In this document: in pieces, positions 9,507 to 18,737 of the stretch | Position numbering within the stretch: the first letter of the stretch is position 1 | How the letters are laid out: each line of letters begins with the position of its first letter | NCBI RefSeq assembly: GCF_054388935.1 | Contig: NZ_CM136152.1 | DNA length: 32,000 bases | Direction: 5' to 3' (one strand) | The notes under the pieces: model-generated | Database searches by the model: none | Told to the model about the DNA's origin: nothing | The model's input: only the letters and a program-made list of their open reading frames with translations | Made by a program: the position numbers and the translations under genes

Positions 9507-10943
9507 TCAGAATCCTCCTTTCTTCTTGGACTGCGGTTCCTCGCGTTCACGTCGGCGCATTTCAGCAGACTGTTGGTCTGTGTCATAAATAGCGCCATTT
9601 GCCTGAATGCAATACACCGTGCCGGTATTGCCATGACGATTGAGACGAAGGATTAGTTCGGTTTCACCAGGTGGAACACTGTCATCAAAAGCACCTTCAC
9701 GATGGATCCCCACCCAATAATCGCAATCCTGTTCAATCTGCCCTGTATCTCGTGAGTCACTTGGTAATGGGCGTTTATTGGTTCGGCTTTCCAGTGCGCG
9801 GTTAAGCTGCGTCAGAAGCACAACAACGCAATCAAGCTCTTTGGCAAGGTTCTTCAGTCCTTTGGTGATCATGCCGTAAGCAAGGTCGTTACGATCGGCT
9901 TTCTCAGCGGTCATTAGTGTCAGGTAATCGACCAGAATCATCCCAACACATCCTTTTTCTCGCTTGATTCGACGGCTTTCGCTGACGATTTGAGCCAGAG
10001 ATAATCCCGGCGTGTCGTCGATGTAAAGCAGGTCGATTTCACTCAAGCGATTGGCTGTTTCGATCGCCCTGTTGAAGTCACCATCGTAATCACCCTGATA
10101 GCCGTCATCAGCGTCATTTGTCGCCGGAAGGTAAAAAATATTCGGGTTAACACCAGACTTCTGCCCTACCAGTTTTTCCAGTATCTGATCACCTGGCATT
10201 TCAAGGCTGAACATCAGAGCGGGCTTTTTCTCATGCACTGCGCAGTTGATTGCCATCTGGCTGTATAGCGTCGTTTTCCCCATCTTAGGGCGAGCGCCAA
10301 TGACAAACAGAGAGCCTTTCACCAGACCTTTCGGTGACAGCATCCTGTCCAGCGATGGGATCCCTGTGCTCATTCCTCGTTGTTCGCCTGACGGGTCAAA
10401 TCGCTTCTCAAGGTCGCTAACCCAGTCTTCCATGACCTCACCAAATGAGCGAAGGCCGCGACGCGATCCGGTTTTTGCATGGTCTGTCAGTTGCGTGAAA
10501 ATCGCCTGAATAGCTTCGTACTTCTGCGTTGCAGTCATTCCGTTGCGGGAATAGAGCAATTCCGTCGCTTCAGTCATTCGGTTGATGGCGTAGCGTTCCA
10601 TTGCGGTTTCACGAACCTGCATTGCATAGGCAACGATGTTTGCTGCGCTTGGCGTGTTCTTTGCGATCTCAGCGATATAAGCAAAACCGCCAACAGACGC
10701 CGTTAACGATTTACGCTCCAGTTCATCGAAAAGCGTCAGGCCATCTACTGGCTTTTGCTCACGGTGCATTCTGGTTATTTCTTCGAAAAGGATTTTGTGT
10801 GGCCGGCTGTAAAATGAGTCAGGCTTCAGCATCGCCAGAACCTTCTGGACGCGCTCACTGCTGTCATCATCCAGAAGCAATCCACCAATCACCGCCTGCT
10901 CTGCCTCGATGCTATGGGGCGGCGCATAAAAATTATCGGTCAT
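9507..10943 (-). CDS. Replicative DnaB-like helicase (P22 gp12-like)
   Basis: ORF with GARPKMGKTTL Walker A, DnaB N-terminal region HSIEAEQAVIGGLL; start chosen at MTDNFYAPP. Confidence 0.95.
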   Translation of the reverse strand: MTDNFYAPPHSIEAEQAVIGGLLLDDDSSERVQKVLAMLKPDSFYSRPHKILFEEITRMHREQKPVDGLTLFDELERKSLTASVGGFAYIAEIAKNTPSAANIVAYAMQVRETAMERYAINRMTEATELLYSRNGMTATQKYEAIQAIFTQLTDHAKTGSRRGLRSFGEVMEDWVSDLEKRFDPSGEQRGMSTGIPSLDRMLSPKGLVKGSLFVIGARPKMGKTTLYSQMAINCAVHEKKPALMFSLEMPGDQILEKLVGQKSGVNPNIFYLPATNDADDGYQGDYDGDFNRAIETANRLSEIDLLYIDDTPGLSLAQIVSESRRIKREKGCVGMILVDYLTLMTAEKADRNDLAYGMITKGLKNLAKELDCVVVLLTQLNRALESRTNKRPLPSDSRDTGQIEQDCDYWVGIHREGAFDDSVPPGETELILRLNRHGNTGTVYCIQANGAIYDTDQQSAEMRRREREEPQSKKKGGF

Positions 10944-11823
10944 CGTGTTCACCCTCACGAACTTTCAGGTAGGTATTATCGTTAAGCAGGAAATCAAATC
11001 CCTTTTTGTGCCAGACGGTTCCGCGCTGATGGTTTGGGCGCTCTTCGAACATCCATCGGCAATTTTCGCCTACGTAGCTCAAATAATTTCTCCAGTCCTG
11101 CATCGTGAAACCATGCCCGTCAAGCTGGCGGGTTATCACTCCGGCTTTGCGCCAGAACGTTCGGATCTGGTTTTTACGCTTGTCATTCAGTGCGCGGATT
11201 CTTGGCGCTTCAGGAAGGATTTCGTGGTAAGCATCGACAACATCCTGACAGCTGACGGAAGGTTTTTTCTTGTCAGACTTTTTGTCTGCTGTAGCACTCT
11301 CTAATACGTCAGTATTAGAGATATTATTTATATTATTGTTTATGGACAACTGTTGGACAACCGTTGGACAATCTCCGCTGAGAGCCGCGCCATTACTGGT
11401 GTTTGCGTTGGACAACCGTTGGACAACCGTTGGACAATTTTTTGACTGAAAATCGTCATATTTAACGATTGTAAACAGGCTAAATTTCTTCCCCATCGCG
11501 CAAATATTAAGCATCCCTTTCGACTCAAAAGTCCGTAATAAGCTCCGAACTTTGTTGTCTGGGATGAATGTTTCTCTGACCAGCGACGGGCGTCCAGTTA
11601 TCATCTGACCGCGATCAACAGTTATCGGACCGATATCCGTATTGACGACAGTAGATTCGTGATTAGCCTTGAGGATTAAGTGAAGCCAAAGATGTACTGC
11701 CTGAGAGTCCTTATAGAGCCTGCTGTCCATAAACTGGCGGTGTATAGAGACATACCCCATACTGGATGCCTCCTGATGTTGTACAGGGTTATGCCTGTAA
11801 TCAGCTAACTTAACGACGCCCAT
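10933..11823 (-). CDS. Phage replication initiation protein (lambda O-like role)
   Basis: 296-aa ORF, winged-helix-like N-terminus, in-gene iterons, upstream of the helicase. Confidence 0.85.
   Translation of the reverse strand: MGVVKLADYRHNPVQHQEASSMGYVSIHRQFMDSRLYKDSQAVHLWLHLILKANHESTVVNTDIGPITVDRGQMITGRPSLVRETFIPDNKVRSLLRTFESKGMLNICAMGKKFSLFTIVKYDDFQSKNCPTVVQRLSNANTSNGAALSGDCPTVVQQLSINNNINNISNTDVLESATADKKSDKKKPSVSCQDVVDAYHEILPEAPRIRALNDKRKNQIRTFWRKAGVITRQLDGHGFTMQDWRNYLSYVGENCRWMFEERPNHQRGTVWHKKGFDFLLNDNTYLKVREGEHDDR
11342..11437. repeat. Iteron array TTGGACAACCG, 11-bp period; candidate replication origin
   Basis: TTGGACAA at 11353, 11364, 11408, 11419 and 11430, and a degenerate aTGGACAA at 11342. 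Confidence 0.85.
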
Positions 11824-11971
11824 GTTTCACTCCTGCTTTGGCTAGTCTGTAAATACCAACAAGGCGCTCTGCGAACGCCCTGTTATTTGCTGCGGCTACC
11901 ACTAATCCCTCAGGTGAATCAGGGTGTCGAATCTCTTCTTTTTCCTGGTATTTCTTACGACGTTTTGTCAT
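11810..11971 (-). CDS. Small basic phage protein (53 aa)
   Basis: MTKRRKKYQEKEEIRHPDSPEGLVVAAANNRAFAERLVGIYRLAKAGVKHGRR; overlaps the start of the O-like gene. Confidence 0.65.
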   Translation of the reverse strand: MTKRRKKYQEKEEIRHPDSPEGLVVAAANNRAFAERLVGIYRLAKAGVKHGRR

Positions 11972-12005
11972 AATTACTCCTGTGGATTGATCCAGTCTTT
12001 CTACA

Positions 12006-12284
12006 TCAGGCCTCAAAACTGTTGCCGCAGTCTTGAGGCTTTTCTTTTGTCAGCACCATGGCTACTTTCTTTGCCAGCTCCGCTAATTCCTCGTCTTCAA
12101 CACCCCACTCCAGCACAGCCAGAAGCATGGCCATCTTTGGGATAAAGCTGTCTTTCCATCGCGAAATTTGCGATTCATTAATCCCTAACGCGTCGGCAAC
12201 CTTTCGCTGGCCACGTACAGCAATTCGATTCAGGATGTTGCTTGTAATTGCATTCGCTTTCTTGCGAGTACTTGTAAGTTGCAT
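12006..12284 (-). CDS. cII: CII-type transcriptional activator
   Basis: Start at MQLTSTRKKANAITS; HTH and LLAVLEWGVEDEELAELAKKVA as in lambda CII. Confidence 0.93.
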   Translation of the reverse strand: MQLTSTRKKANAITSNILNRIAVRGQRKVADALGINESQISRWKDSFIPKMAMLLAVLEWGVEDEELAELAKKVAMVLTKEKPQDCGNSFEA

Positions 12285-12403
12285 ATGTAAGTATTTCCTT
12301 AGATAACAATTGATTGAATGTATGCAAATAAATGCATACACCATAGGTGTGGTTTAATTTGATGCCCTTTTTCAGGGCTGGGATGTGTAAGAGCGGGAAT
12401 GTC

Positions 12404-13756
<1,353 letters not shown>

Positions 13757-13833
13757 TCCCCACCTCAATCTCGATAACCAAAAACAAACTATTTTTCATT
13801 TAAAAACAATGGAGTTTGTTTTTCACGCCCCTT

Positions 13834-13885
13834 TTTACAATATTTCTTGTTTACAACATACAATCTTTCTTGTAATTTTAAGCCA
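13834..13885 (+). promoter_or_regulatory. OL/PL region
   Basis: AATATTTCTTGTTTACAACATACAATCTTTCTTGTAAT, sharing half sites with the OR region; located upstream of nutL and N. Confidence 0.65.
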
Positions 13886-13917
13886 TCAGCAGGACGCACT
13901 GACCACCATGAAGGTGA

Positions 13918-13948
13918 GGCTCTTAAAAATTAAGCCCTGAAGAAGGGC
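13918..13948 (+). promoter_or_regulatory. nutL: nutL: boxA plus boxB
   Basis: GGCTCTTAAAAATTAAGCCCTGAAGAAGGGC, with the boxB stem GCCCT-GAAGA-AGGGC at 13934-13948; matches lambda nutL. Confidence 0.93.
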
Positions 13949-13972
13949 AGCATTCAAAGCAGAAGGCTTTGG

Positions 13973-14103
13973 GGTGTGGTGAAGCTCAACGGCGAGCTAG
14001 GGAATAGTTTTGCGGTGAAGATTCTAGACAACTAACCGCAGGATGCGCGTAACCCAATCGGCAGCGCACCGATGGAAGCTGGTTCGACTCCAGCCACCAC
14101 ACC
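13973..14103 (+). promoter_or_regulatory. Multibranched tRNA-like structure in the N leader
   Basis: Closing helix GGTGTGGTG/CACCACACC, D-arm-like AGCTC/GAGCT, TGCGGT/ACCGCA, TGCGC/GCGCA and a canonical T-arm-like GCTGG-TTCGACT-CCAGC. Confidence 0.65.
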
Positions 14104-14130
14104 ACCAAAGCTAACTGACAGGAGATGAAC

Positions 14131-14259
14131 ATGAAACATAACGAACACTTTATGGCTTGGTTGAAGTCAATGCGTGATGAAGCAAAGCGTCCTGAAACAA
14201 CAATGACGCGAATCGTGGAAATCTTCTCCTGCATCAGCAAGTACGCAACCTGCCAATAA
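14131..14259 (+). CDS. Small phage ORF (42 aa) between the N leader and N
   Basis: MKHNEHFMAWLKSMRDEAKRPETTMTRIVEIFSCISKYATCQ with ACAGGAG ribosome-binding site upstream. Confidence 0.6.
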   Translation: MKHNEHFMAWLKSMRDEAKRPETTMTRIVEIFSCISKYATCQ

Positions 14260-14264
14260 CTGTC

Positions 14265-14281
14265 GGCCCCGCTGAGGGGCC
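14265..14281 (+). terminator. GC-rich hairpin upstream of N; weak or candidate terminator
   Basis: GGCCCC-GCTGA-GGGGCC followed by ATTTAT (poor U-tract). Confidence 0.4.
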
Positions 14282-14300
14282 ATTTATCTGAGGATGATAT

Positions 14301-14627
14301 ATGGACTCTCAAACACGCCGCCGCGAACGTCGCGCAGAGAAACAGGCTCAATGGAAAGCAGCAAATCCCCTGTTGGTTGGGGTAAGCGCAAAACCAGTTA
14401 ACCGCCCTATTCTCTCGCTGAATCGCAAACCGAAATCACGAGTAGAAAGCGCACTGAATCCGATAGACCTTACAGTGCTGGCTGAATACCACGAACAGAT
14501 TGAAAGCAACCTGCAACGTATTGAGCGCAAGAATCAGCGCACATGGTACAGCAAGCCGCGCAGTGAAATGGGTGTGACATGTGTTGGTCGCCAGAAAATG
14601 AAATTAGGCAGCAAACCACTTATTTGA
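14301..14627 (+). CDS. N: N early antitermination protein
   Basis: 108-aa ORF; MDSQTRRRERRAEKQAQWKAANPLLVGVSAKPVNRP as in lambda N, with the arginine-rich boxB-binding motif. Confidence 0.97.
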   Translation: MDSQTRRRERRAEKQAQWKAANPLLVGVSAKPVNRPILSLNRKPKSRVESALNPIDLTVLAEYHEQIESNLQRIERKNQRTWYSKPRSEMGVTCVGRQKMKLGSKPLI

Positions 14628-14635
14628 GGTGATAT

Positions 14636-14824
14636 ATGGAACGTAAATTTGAAATTTGGTTGGATTCCGGCGCAAACATTCATTCTTGCAAAAAGACAGT
14701 TGTAACACTCGATGATCTTGGCTTATCCGAGAATGAGTGGAATGAAATGGATCAGGACGAAAAAGACGAAAACATGCGTGATGTAGCATTTGAAACGCTT
14801 GATTGGGGATGGAAGGAAATTTAA
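14636..14824 (+). CDS. Small acidic phage protein
   Basis: 62-aa ORF just after N, ribosome-binding site GAGGTG upstream. Confidence 0.65.
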   Translation: MERKFEIWLDSGANIHSCKKTVVTLDDLGLSENEWNEMDQDEKDENMRDVAFETLDWGWKEI

Positions 14825-14975
14825 GTGATGGCCGCATAGTCGGCCTTTATTTTTGGCATAAACAACAGAATAAACACAGCACTGTGTATTCATTCCAACG
14901 AGTGAATACACGGAGCAATGTCGCTCGTAACCAAACAGGAGCCGACTTGTTCTGATTATTGGAAATCTTCTTTGC

Positions 14976-15000
14976 CCTCCAGTGTGAGGGCCTTTTTATA
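14976..15000 (+). terminator. Intrinsic terminator in the left early operon
   Basis: GCCCTC-CAGTGT-GAGGGC-CTTTTTA. Confidence 0.85.
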
Positions 15001-15063
15001 TGCATACCAATAACGCTTCACTCGAGGCGTTTTCGTTATGCAATCAAACAGAAGGAGCATCCT

Positions 15064-15234
15064 ATGCAACAGTTCGCTATTGCAGGGGCGGCATCGGTTC
15101 GCCCTTTCAACCCGATTTTATCGGTACAGCATTCACGAAAAAACATTTTAACCGGAGCAGACTTTAAACAACCAAGAATGAAAAGTTTGCTCGAAAAGCT
15201 TTGGGATATTTTGAAACAACAAGGCCGTCCATGA
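15064..15234 (+). CDS. cIII: CIII-like protease (FtsH/HflB) inhibitor peptide
   Basis: 56 aa: MQQFAIAGAASVRPF...SLLEKLWDILKQQGRP; resembles lambda CIII start MQYAIAG and amphipathic helix KRLIDILNQPG. Confidence 0.65.
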   Translation: MQQFAIAGAASVRPFNPILSVQHSRKNILTGADFKQPRMKSLLEKLWDILKQQGRP

Positions 15235-15401
15235 GTTTTACAGATAACTGGTCAGACGAAGAATTCATTCGTCAGATGAAAGATTTAATCGGTAACGAAG
15301 GAGATATTCATGTCACTTGCAACCACAGTGAAGGAGAGCAAGTTACAGAGACGCATGTACACGCAGCAGGCGTTAATGTATCGCCAGAAGGGAGATCGTG
15401 A
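15231..15401 (+). CDS. Small hypothetical phage protein
   Basis: 56-aa ORF MSFTDNWSDEEFIRQMKDLIGNEG..., ATGAG overlap with the preceding stop. Confidence 0.65.
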   Translation: MSFTDNWSDEEFIRQMKDLIGNEGDIHVTCNHSEGEQVTETHVHAAGVNVSPEGRS

Positions 15402-15480
15402 AGGTGTTCGCGTATTTTTAAATGCGGCAAAGACTGAAGTATTAAATCAGCGTTATTTCCTTGGGCCATGTCCATTCTGA
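15355..15480 (+). CDS. Small overlapping phage ORF (41 aa)
   Basis: MYTQQALMYRQKGDREGVRVFLNAAKTEVLNQRYFLGPCPF; out of frame with the preceding ORF. Confidence 0.5.
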   Translation: MYTQQALMYRQKGDREGVRVFLNAAKTEVLNQRYFLGPCPF

Positions 15481-15488
15481 GGTGAATT

Positions 15489-16196
15489 ATGGATTTGAAT
15501 AAATTCGATGAGCCATTCAGCCCTGAAGATATCGAATGGCGAATACAGCAAAGCGGTAAAACACGCGATGGCAAAGTGTGGGCTATGGTGCTGGCTTATG
15601 TCACGAACCGGGCAATCATGAAGCGCCTGGACGATGTTTGCGGCAAAGCAGGATGGCGCAATGAATACCGCGATATTCCCAACAACGGCGGCGTTGAATG
15701 CGGCATATCGATAAAGATTGATTCCGAATGGGTAACCAAATGGGATGCTGCTGAAAACACGCAGGTAGAAGCCGTCAAAGGTGGTCGTTCCGGTGCAATG
15801 AAGCGTGCTGCCGTTCAATGGGGAATCGGTCGGTATCTGTATAACCTTGAGGAAGGTTTCGCACAAACATCTCTCGATAAAAAGCAGGGATGGCACAGGG
15901 CAAAACTGAAAGATGGAACAGGATTTTACTGGCTCCCTCCATCGCTGCCGGGATGGGCAATCCCAGCATCAGATAACAAACCATCACCAGAAAATACCAA
16001 CCAGAAATCTCCATCGGTTGACTGCGAACAAATCCTGAAAGACTTCAGCGATTATGCATCAACAGAAACTGACAAGAAAAAACTCATAGAACGTTATCAG
16101 CATGACTGGCAATTAATGGCTGGCAATGAGGATGCGCAGGCTAAATGCGTTCAGGTAATGAACATCAGAGTTAACGAACTAAAACAGGCGGCATAA
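15489..16196 (+). CDS. Rad52/Rad22-family single-strand annealing recombinase
   Basis: 235-aa ORF; WRIQQSGKTRDGKVWAMVLAYVTNRAIMKRLDDVCGKAGWRNEY and AVQWGIGRYLYNL. Confidence 0.85.
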   Translation: MDLNKFDEPFSPEDIEWRIQQSGKTRDGKVWAMVLAYVTNRAIMKRLDDVCGKAGWRNEYRDIPNNGGVECGISIKIDSEWVTKWDAAENTQVEAVKGGRSGAMKRAAVQWGIGRYLYNLEEGFAQTSLDKKQGWHRAKLKDGTGFYWLPPSLPGWAIPASDNKPSPENTNQKSPSVDCEQILKDFSDYASTETDKKKLIERYQHDWQLMAGNEDAQAKCVQVMNIRVNELKQAA

Positions 16197-16703
16197 ATGG
16201 CAAGCAGAGGCGTAAATAAGGTGATTATCCTTGGTCGGGTAGGACAAGACCCGGAAGTTCGATACTCACCATCAGGAACAGCGTTCGCTAACCTGACAAT
16301 AGCCACGTCAGAACAATGGCGAGATAAAAATACTGGCGAGCAAAAGGAATTGACTGAATGGCATCGTGTTGCTGTATCCGGGAAACTGGCTGAGGTCGTG
16401 GGGCAGTATGTGAAAAAAGGTGATCAGATTTATTTCGAGGGAATGCTGAGAACCAGAAAGTGGAAAGACCAGTCAGGGCAAGACCGTTACACAACCGAGG
16501 TTCATGTCGGAATTAATGGCGTGATGCAAATGCTTGGCGGCATTGGCGACAGCAAACAACAAGCAGCCAGCAGGCAATCACAGAAGCCACAGCAGCAATC
16601 ATCACCAGCACAACACAACGAACCTCCGATGGATTTTGACGACGATATACCCTTTGCACCAGTAACTCTCCCCTTCCCTCGTCACGCTATTCACGCAATT
16701 TAA
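16197..16703 (+). CDS. ssb: Single-stranded DNA-binding protein, phage type
   Basis: 168-aa [26 protein letters not shown]...; DDDIPF near but not at the C-terminus. Confidence 0.95.
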   Translation: MASRGVNKVIILGRVGQDPEVRYSPSGTAFANLTIATSEQWRDKNTGEQKELTEWHRVAVSGKLAEVVGQYVKKGDQIYFEGMLRTRKWKDQSGQDRYTTEVHVGINGVMQMLGGIGDSKQQAASRQSQKPQQQSSPAQHNEPPMDFDDDIPFAPVTLPFPRHAIHAI

Positions 16704-16711
16704 GGACTTAC

Positions 16712-17260
16712 ATGAATCACTTAATGGTTGACCTTGAAACAATGGGCAACGGGCCATACGCGCCAGTTATTTCTATTGGGGCGGTATTCTTTGACCCGAA
16801 TACCGGAGAAACAGGAGAAGAGTTCTCGGTAAATATCTCGCTTGAGTCATCAATGCGATATCGGGCGCGTCCTGACGCTTCAACGATTTTATGGTGGATG
16901 GAACAGAGTGAAGAAGCCAGAAAATCGCTAACCAGCAACACTCAAGAGCTTTCAACGGCTCTTTCATGGTTATCTGAATTCATCATAAAGAACGCTAACC
17001 ACAAATTCGTTCAGGTTTGGGGGAATGGAGCATCATTTGACTGCGTTATTCTCCGCAACAGTTATTCGCTGACAGGGCGGCCAGTTCCGTGGCAGTGGTG
17101 GAATGACCGCGACGTAAGAACAATCGTCGAGCTTGGAAAGGTAATAGGATTCGACCCTAAGCGAGATATGCCATTCAAAGGAACTCGCCACAACGCGCTT
17201 GATGATGCCATTCACCAAGCCAAATACGTTTCAGCGATCTGGAAAAAGTTAGCTAAATAA
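16712..17260 (+). CDS. DnaQ-like (DEDD) 3'-5' exonuclease
   Basis: 182-aa ORF; Exo I motif MVDLETMG, Exo III-like HNALDDAIHQA. Confidence 0.85.
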   Translation: MNHLMVDLETMGNGPYAPVISIGAVFFDPNTGETGEEFSVNISLESSMRYRARPDASTILWWMEQSEEARKSLTSNTQELSTALSWLSEFIIKNANHKFVQVWGNGASFDCVILRNSYSLTGRPVPWQWWNDRDVRTIVELGKVIGFDPKRDMPFKGTRHNALDDAIHQAKYVSAIWKKLAK

Positions 17261-17276
17261 TCAACAGGAGAAAACC

Positions 17277-17570
17277 ATGCCAGCGCCTCTGTATGGTGCG
17301 GATGACCCGCGCCGCTGTTCCGGCAATTCCGTATCGGAGGTGCTGGATAAATTCAGAAAAAACTACGATCGGATAATGTCGCTACCGCAGGAAACGAAAG
17401 AGGAAAAGGAATTTCGCCATTGTATATGGCTTGCAGAGAAAGAAGAACGCGAGCGAATTTACCAGACATCAATCCGACCATTCCACAAAGCCACATATAC
17501 CCACTTCCCTGAAATTGACCCGCGCCTGCGTAATTACCGCTCACGCTATGGCGCTATCAGTAATGACTGA
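17277..17570 (+). CDS. Hypothetical phage protein
   Basis: 97-aa ORF in the early left operon. Confidence 0.65.
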   Translation: MPAPLYGADDPRRCSGNSVSEVLDKFRKNYDRIMSLPQETKEEKEFRHCIWLAEKEERERIYQTSIRPFHKATYTHFPEIDPRLRNYRSRYGAISND

Positions 17571-17580
17571 GGAATTAACA

Positions 17581-17871
17581 ATGAAAACAATGAAGCTAAA
17601 CATCGACCTCGGAAAATACGTTATTACCGGAACCAAACACGACCTGATTCTTAGCGAAAGAGGAATTATCAAAGAAGGCGAGAATGCAGGGAAAGAAACG
17701 CTCAGTCGTATCGGTTATTACAGCAAGTTTGAGCATCTGGTTAAAGAGTTATGCAACCGTGAAATCCTGTTATCTCAGGCGCAGACGCTACAGGATATTC
17801 AGCAGCATATCGAGACGTTAGGTGTATCACTTAGCATGGCTGTTGACCAGTTCATGGAGAGTAAATCATGA
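17581..17871 (+). CDS. DUF5405-like phage protein
   Basis: Start chosen at [17 protein letters not shown], preceded by GAGG. Confidence 0.6.
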   Translation: MKTMKLNIDLGKYVITGTKHDLILSERGIIKEGENAGKETLSRIGYYSKFEHLVKELCNREILLSQAQTLQDIQQHIETLGVSLSMAVDQFMESKS

Positions 17872-18032
17872 GAGGACTTGCATACAATCCCGGCATTCTT
17901 CCGGCAGAAATGATTATTCGCCAACGCGTAAAGCCAATGCCATCGAGAGAGGAATTGCTTAAGAGAAATTCTTTTCCATCAGTAAATCAAAACAAATATC
18001 TGAATGCGATGTTGCGGAGTGGGAAGAAATGA
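17868..18032 (+). CDS. Small hypothetical phage protein (54 aa)
   Basis: [54 protein letters not shown]; ATGA overlaps on both sides. Confidence 0.65.
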   Translation: MRGLAYNPGILPAEMIIRQRVKPMPSREELLKRNSFPSVNQNKYLNAMLRSGKK

Positions 18033-18736
18033 AACAAATGTCACTAATTGAGATGGATGGATTCCTGAAAGGTAAATGCTTCCCACGAGATTTAAAGGTT
18101 AACGAAACAAACGCTGAATATCTTGTCCGTAAGTTCGGTGAACTTGAATCAAAACTCAACGAGCAGCGTGAGTATTACGAGGGCGTTATCTCGGATGGGA
18201 GTAAGCGCATAGCAGAACTGGAAAAACAATGCGCCGAATGGGAGCGAAAAGAATTAAGCAACTTTGAAGAGTGTGCTGCTATGGCTGAACGTATCGAAGA
18301 GTTGCAGACAAACTCTGCACCAGATTCGTTTGGCATCATCGGTGAAAATATTCGAACACAGGATAATCGAATAACGTCAGACCCTATGTTTTGTGTGTAT
18401 CAAAAGCGCGAAATCGTTGTTGATGCTGATTATGACTATGACCGGATTGTCTGGGTTGATGAAGATGGCAATGAAGCCAATAAACGCCAAAGTCGTCGTC
18501 TCGAACTACTTCACGAAAACTTTCGAGAGCCACCAGAAAAATGGCGGCGCGTTGCTGTGAAAGATATTGATGAATTCGTTACCTGCTGTTTCACCGAACA
18601 GGGTTGTAAAGACTACCTGGCAGTCAATGGTCACAATCTTCGCTTGCCATTTATATATGTAAAAAGCGGTTTCAGGAACGCTGAATATATCGGCATAAGA
18701 AACTGGCTTGCTGGCATTCGCATCAAAGGAGAGTGA
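18029..18736 (+). CDS. Hypothetical phage accessory protein with coiled-coil-like N-terminal half
   Basis: 235-aa ORF in the accessory block before torI. Confidence 0.7.
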   Translation: MKQMSLIEMDGFLKGKCFPRDLKVNETNAEYLVRKFGELESKLNEQREYYEGVISDGSKRIAELEKQCAEWERKELSNFEECAAMAERIEELQTNSAPDSFGIIGENIRTQDNRITSDPMFCVYQKREIVVDADYDYDRIVWVDEDGNEANKRQSRRLELLHENFREPPEKWRRVAVKDIDEFVTCCFTEQGCKDYLAVNGHNLRLPFIYVKSGFRNAEYIGIRNWLAGIRIKGE

Positions 18737-18737
18737 T

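Noticed and set aside
10246-10972. Plus-strand ORFs of 87, 75 and 123 aa inside the helicase gene
   Set aside because: Antisense to the DnaB-like helicase; compositionally shadow ORFs.
13973-14103. Calling the N-leader element a functional tRNA
   Set aside because: T-arm-like and D-arm-like elements exist, but there is no standard 5-bp stem/7-nt loop anticodon arm and the length (~131 nt) is wrong; described only as tRNA-like.
14265-14281. Strong terminator upstream of N
   Set aside because: The stem is GC-rich but followed by ATTTATCTG rather than a U-run; retained only as a weak candidate.
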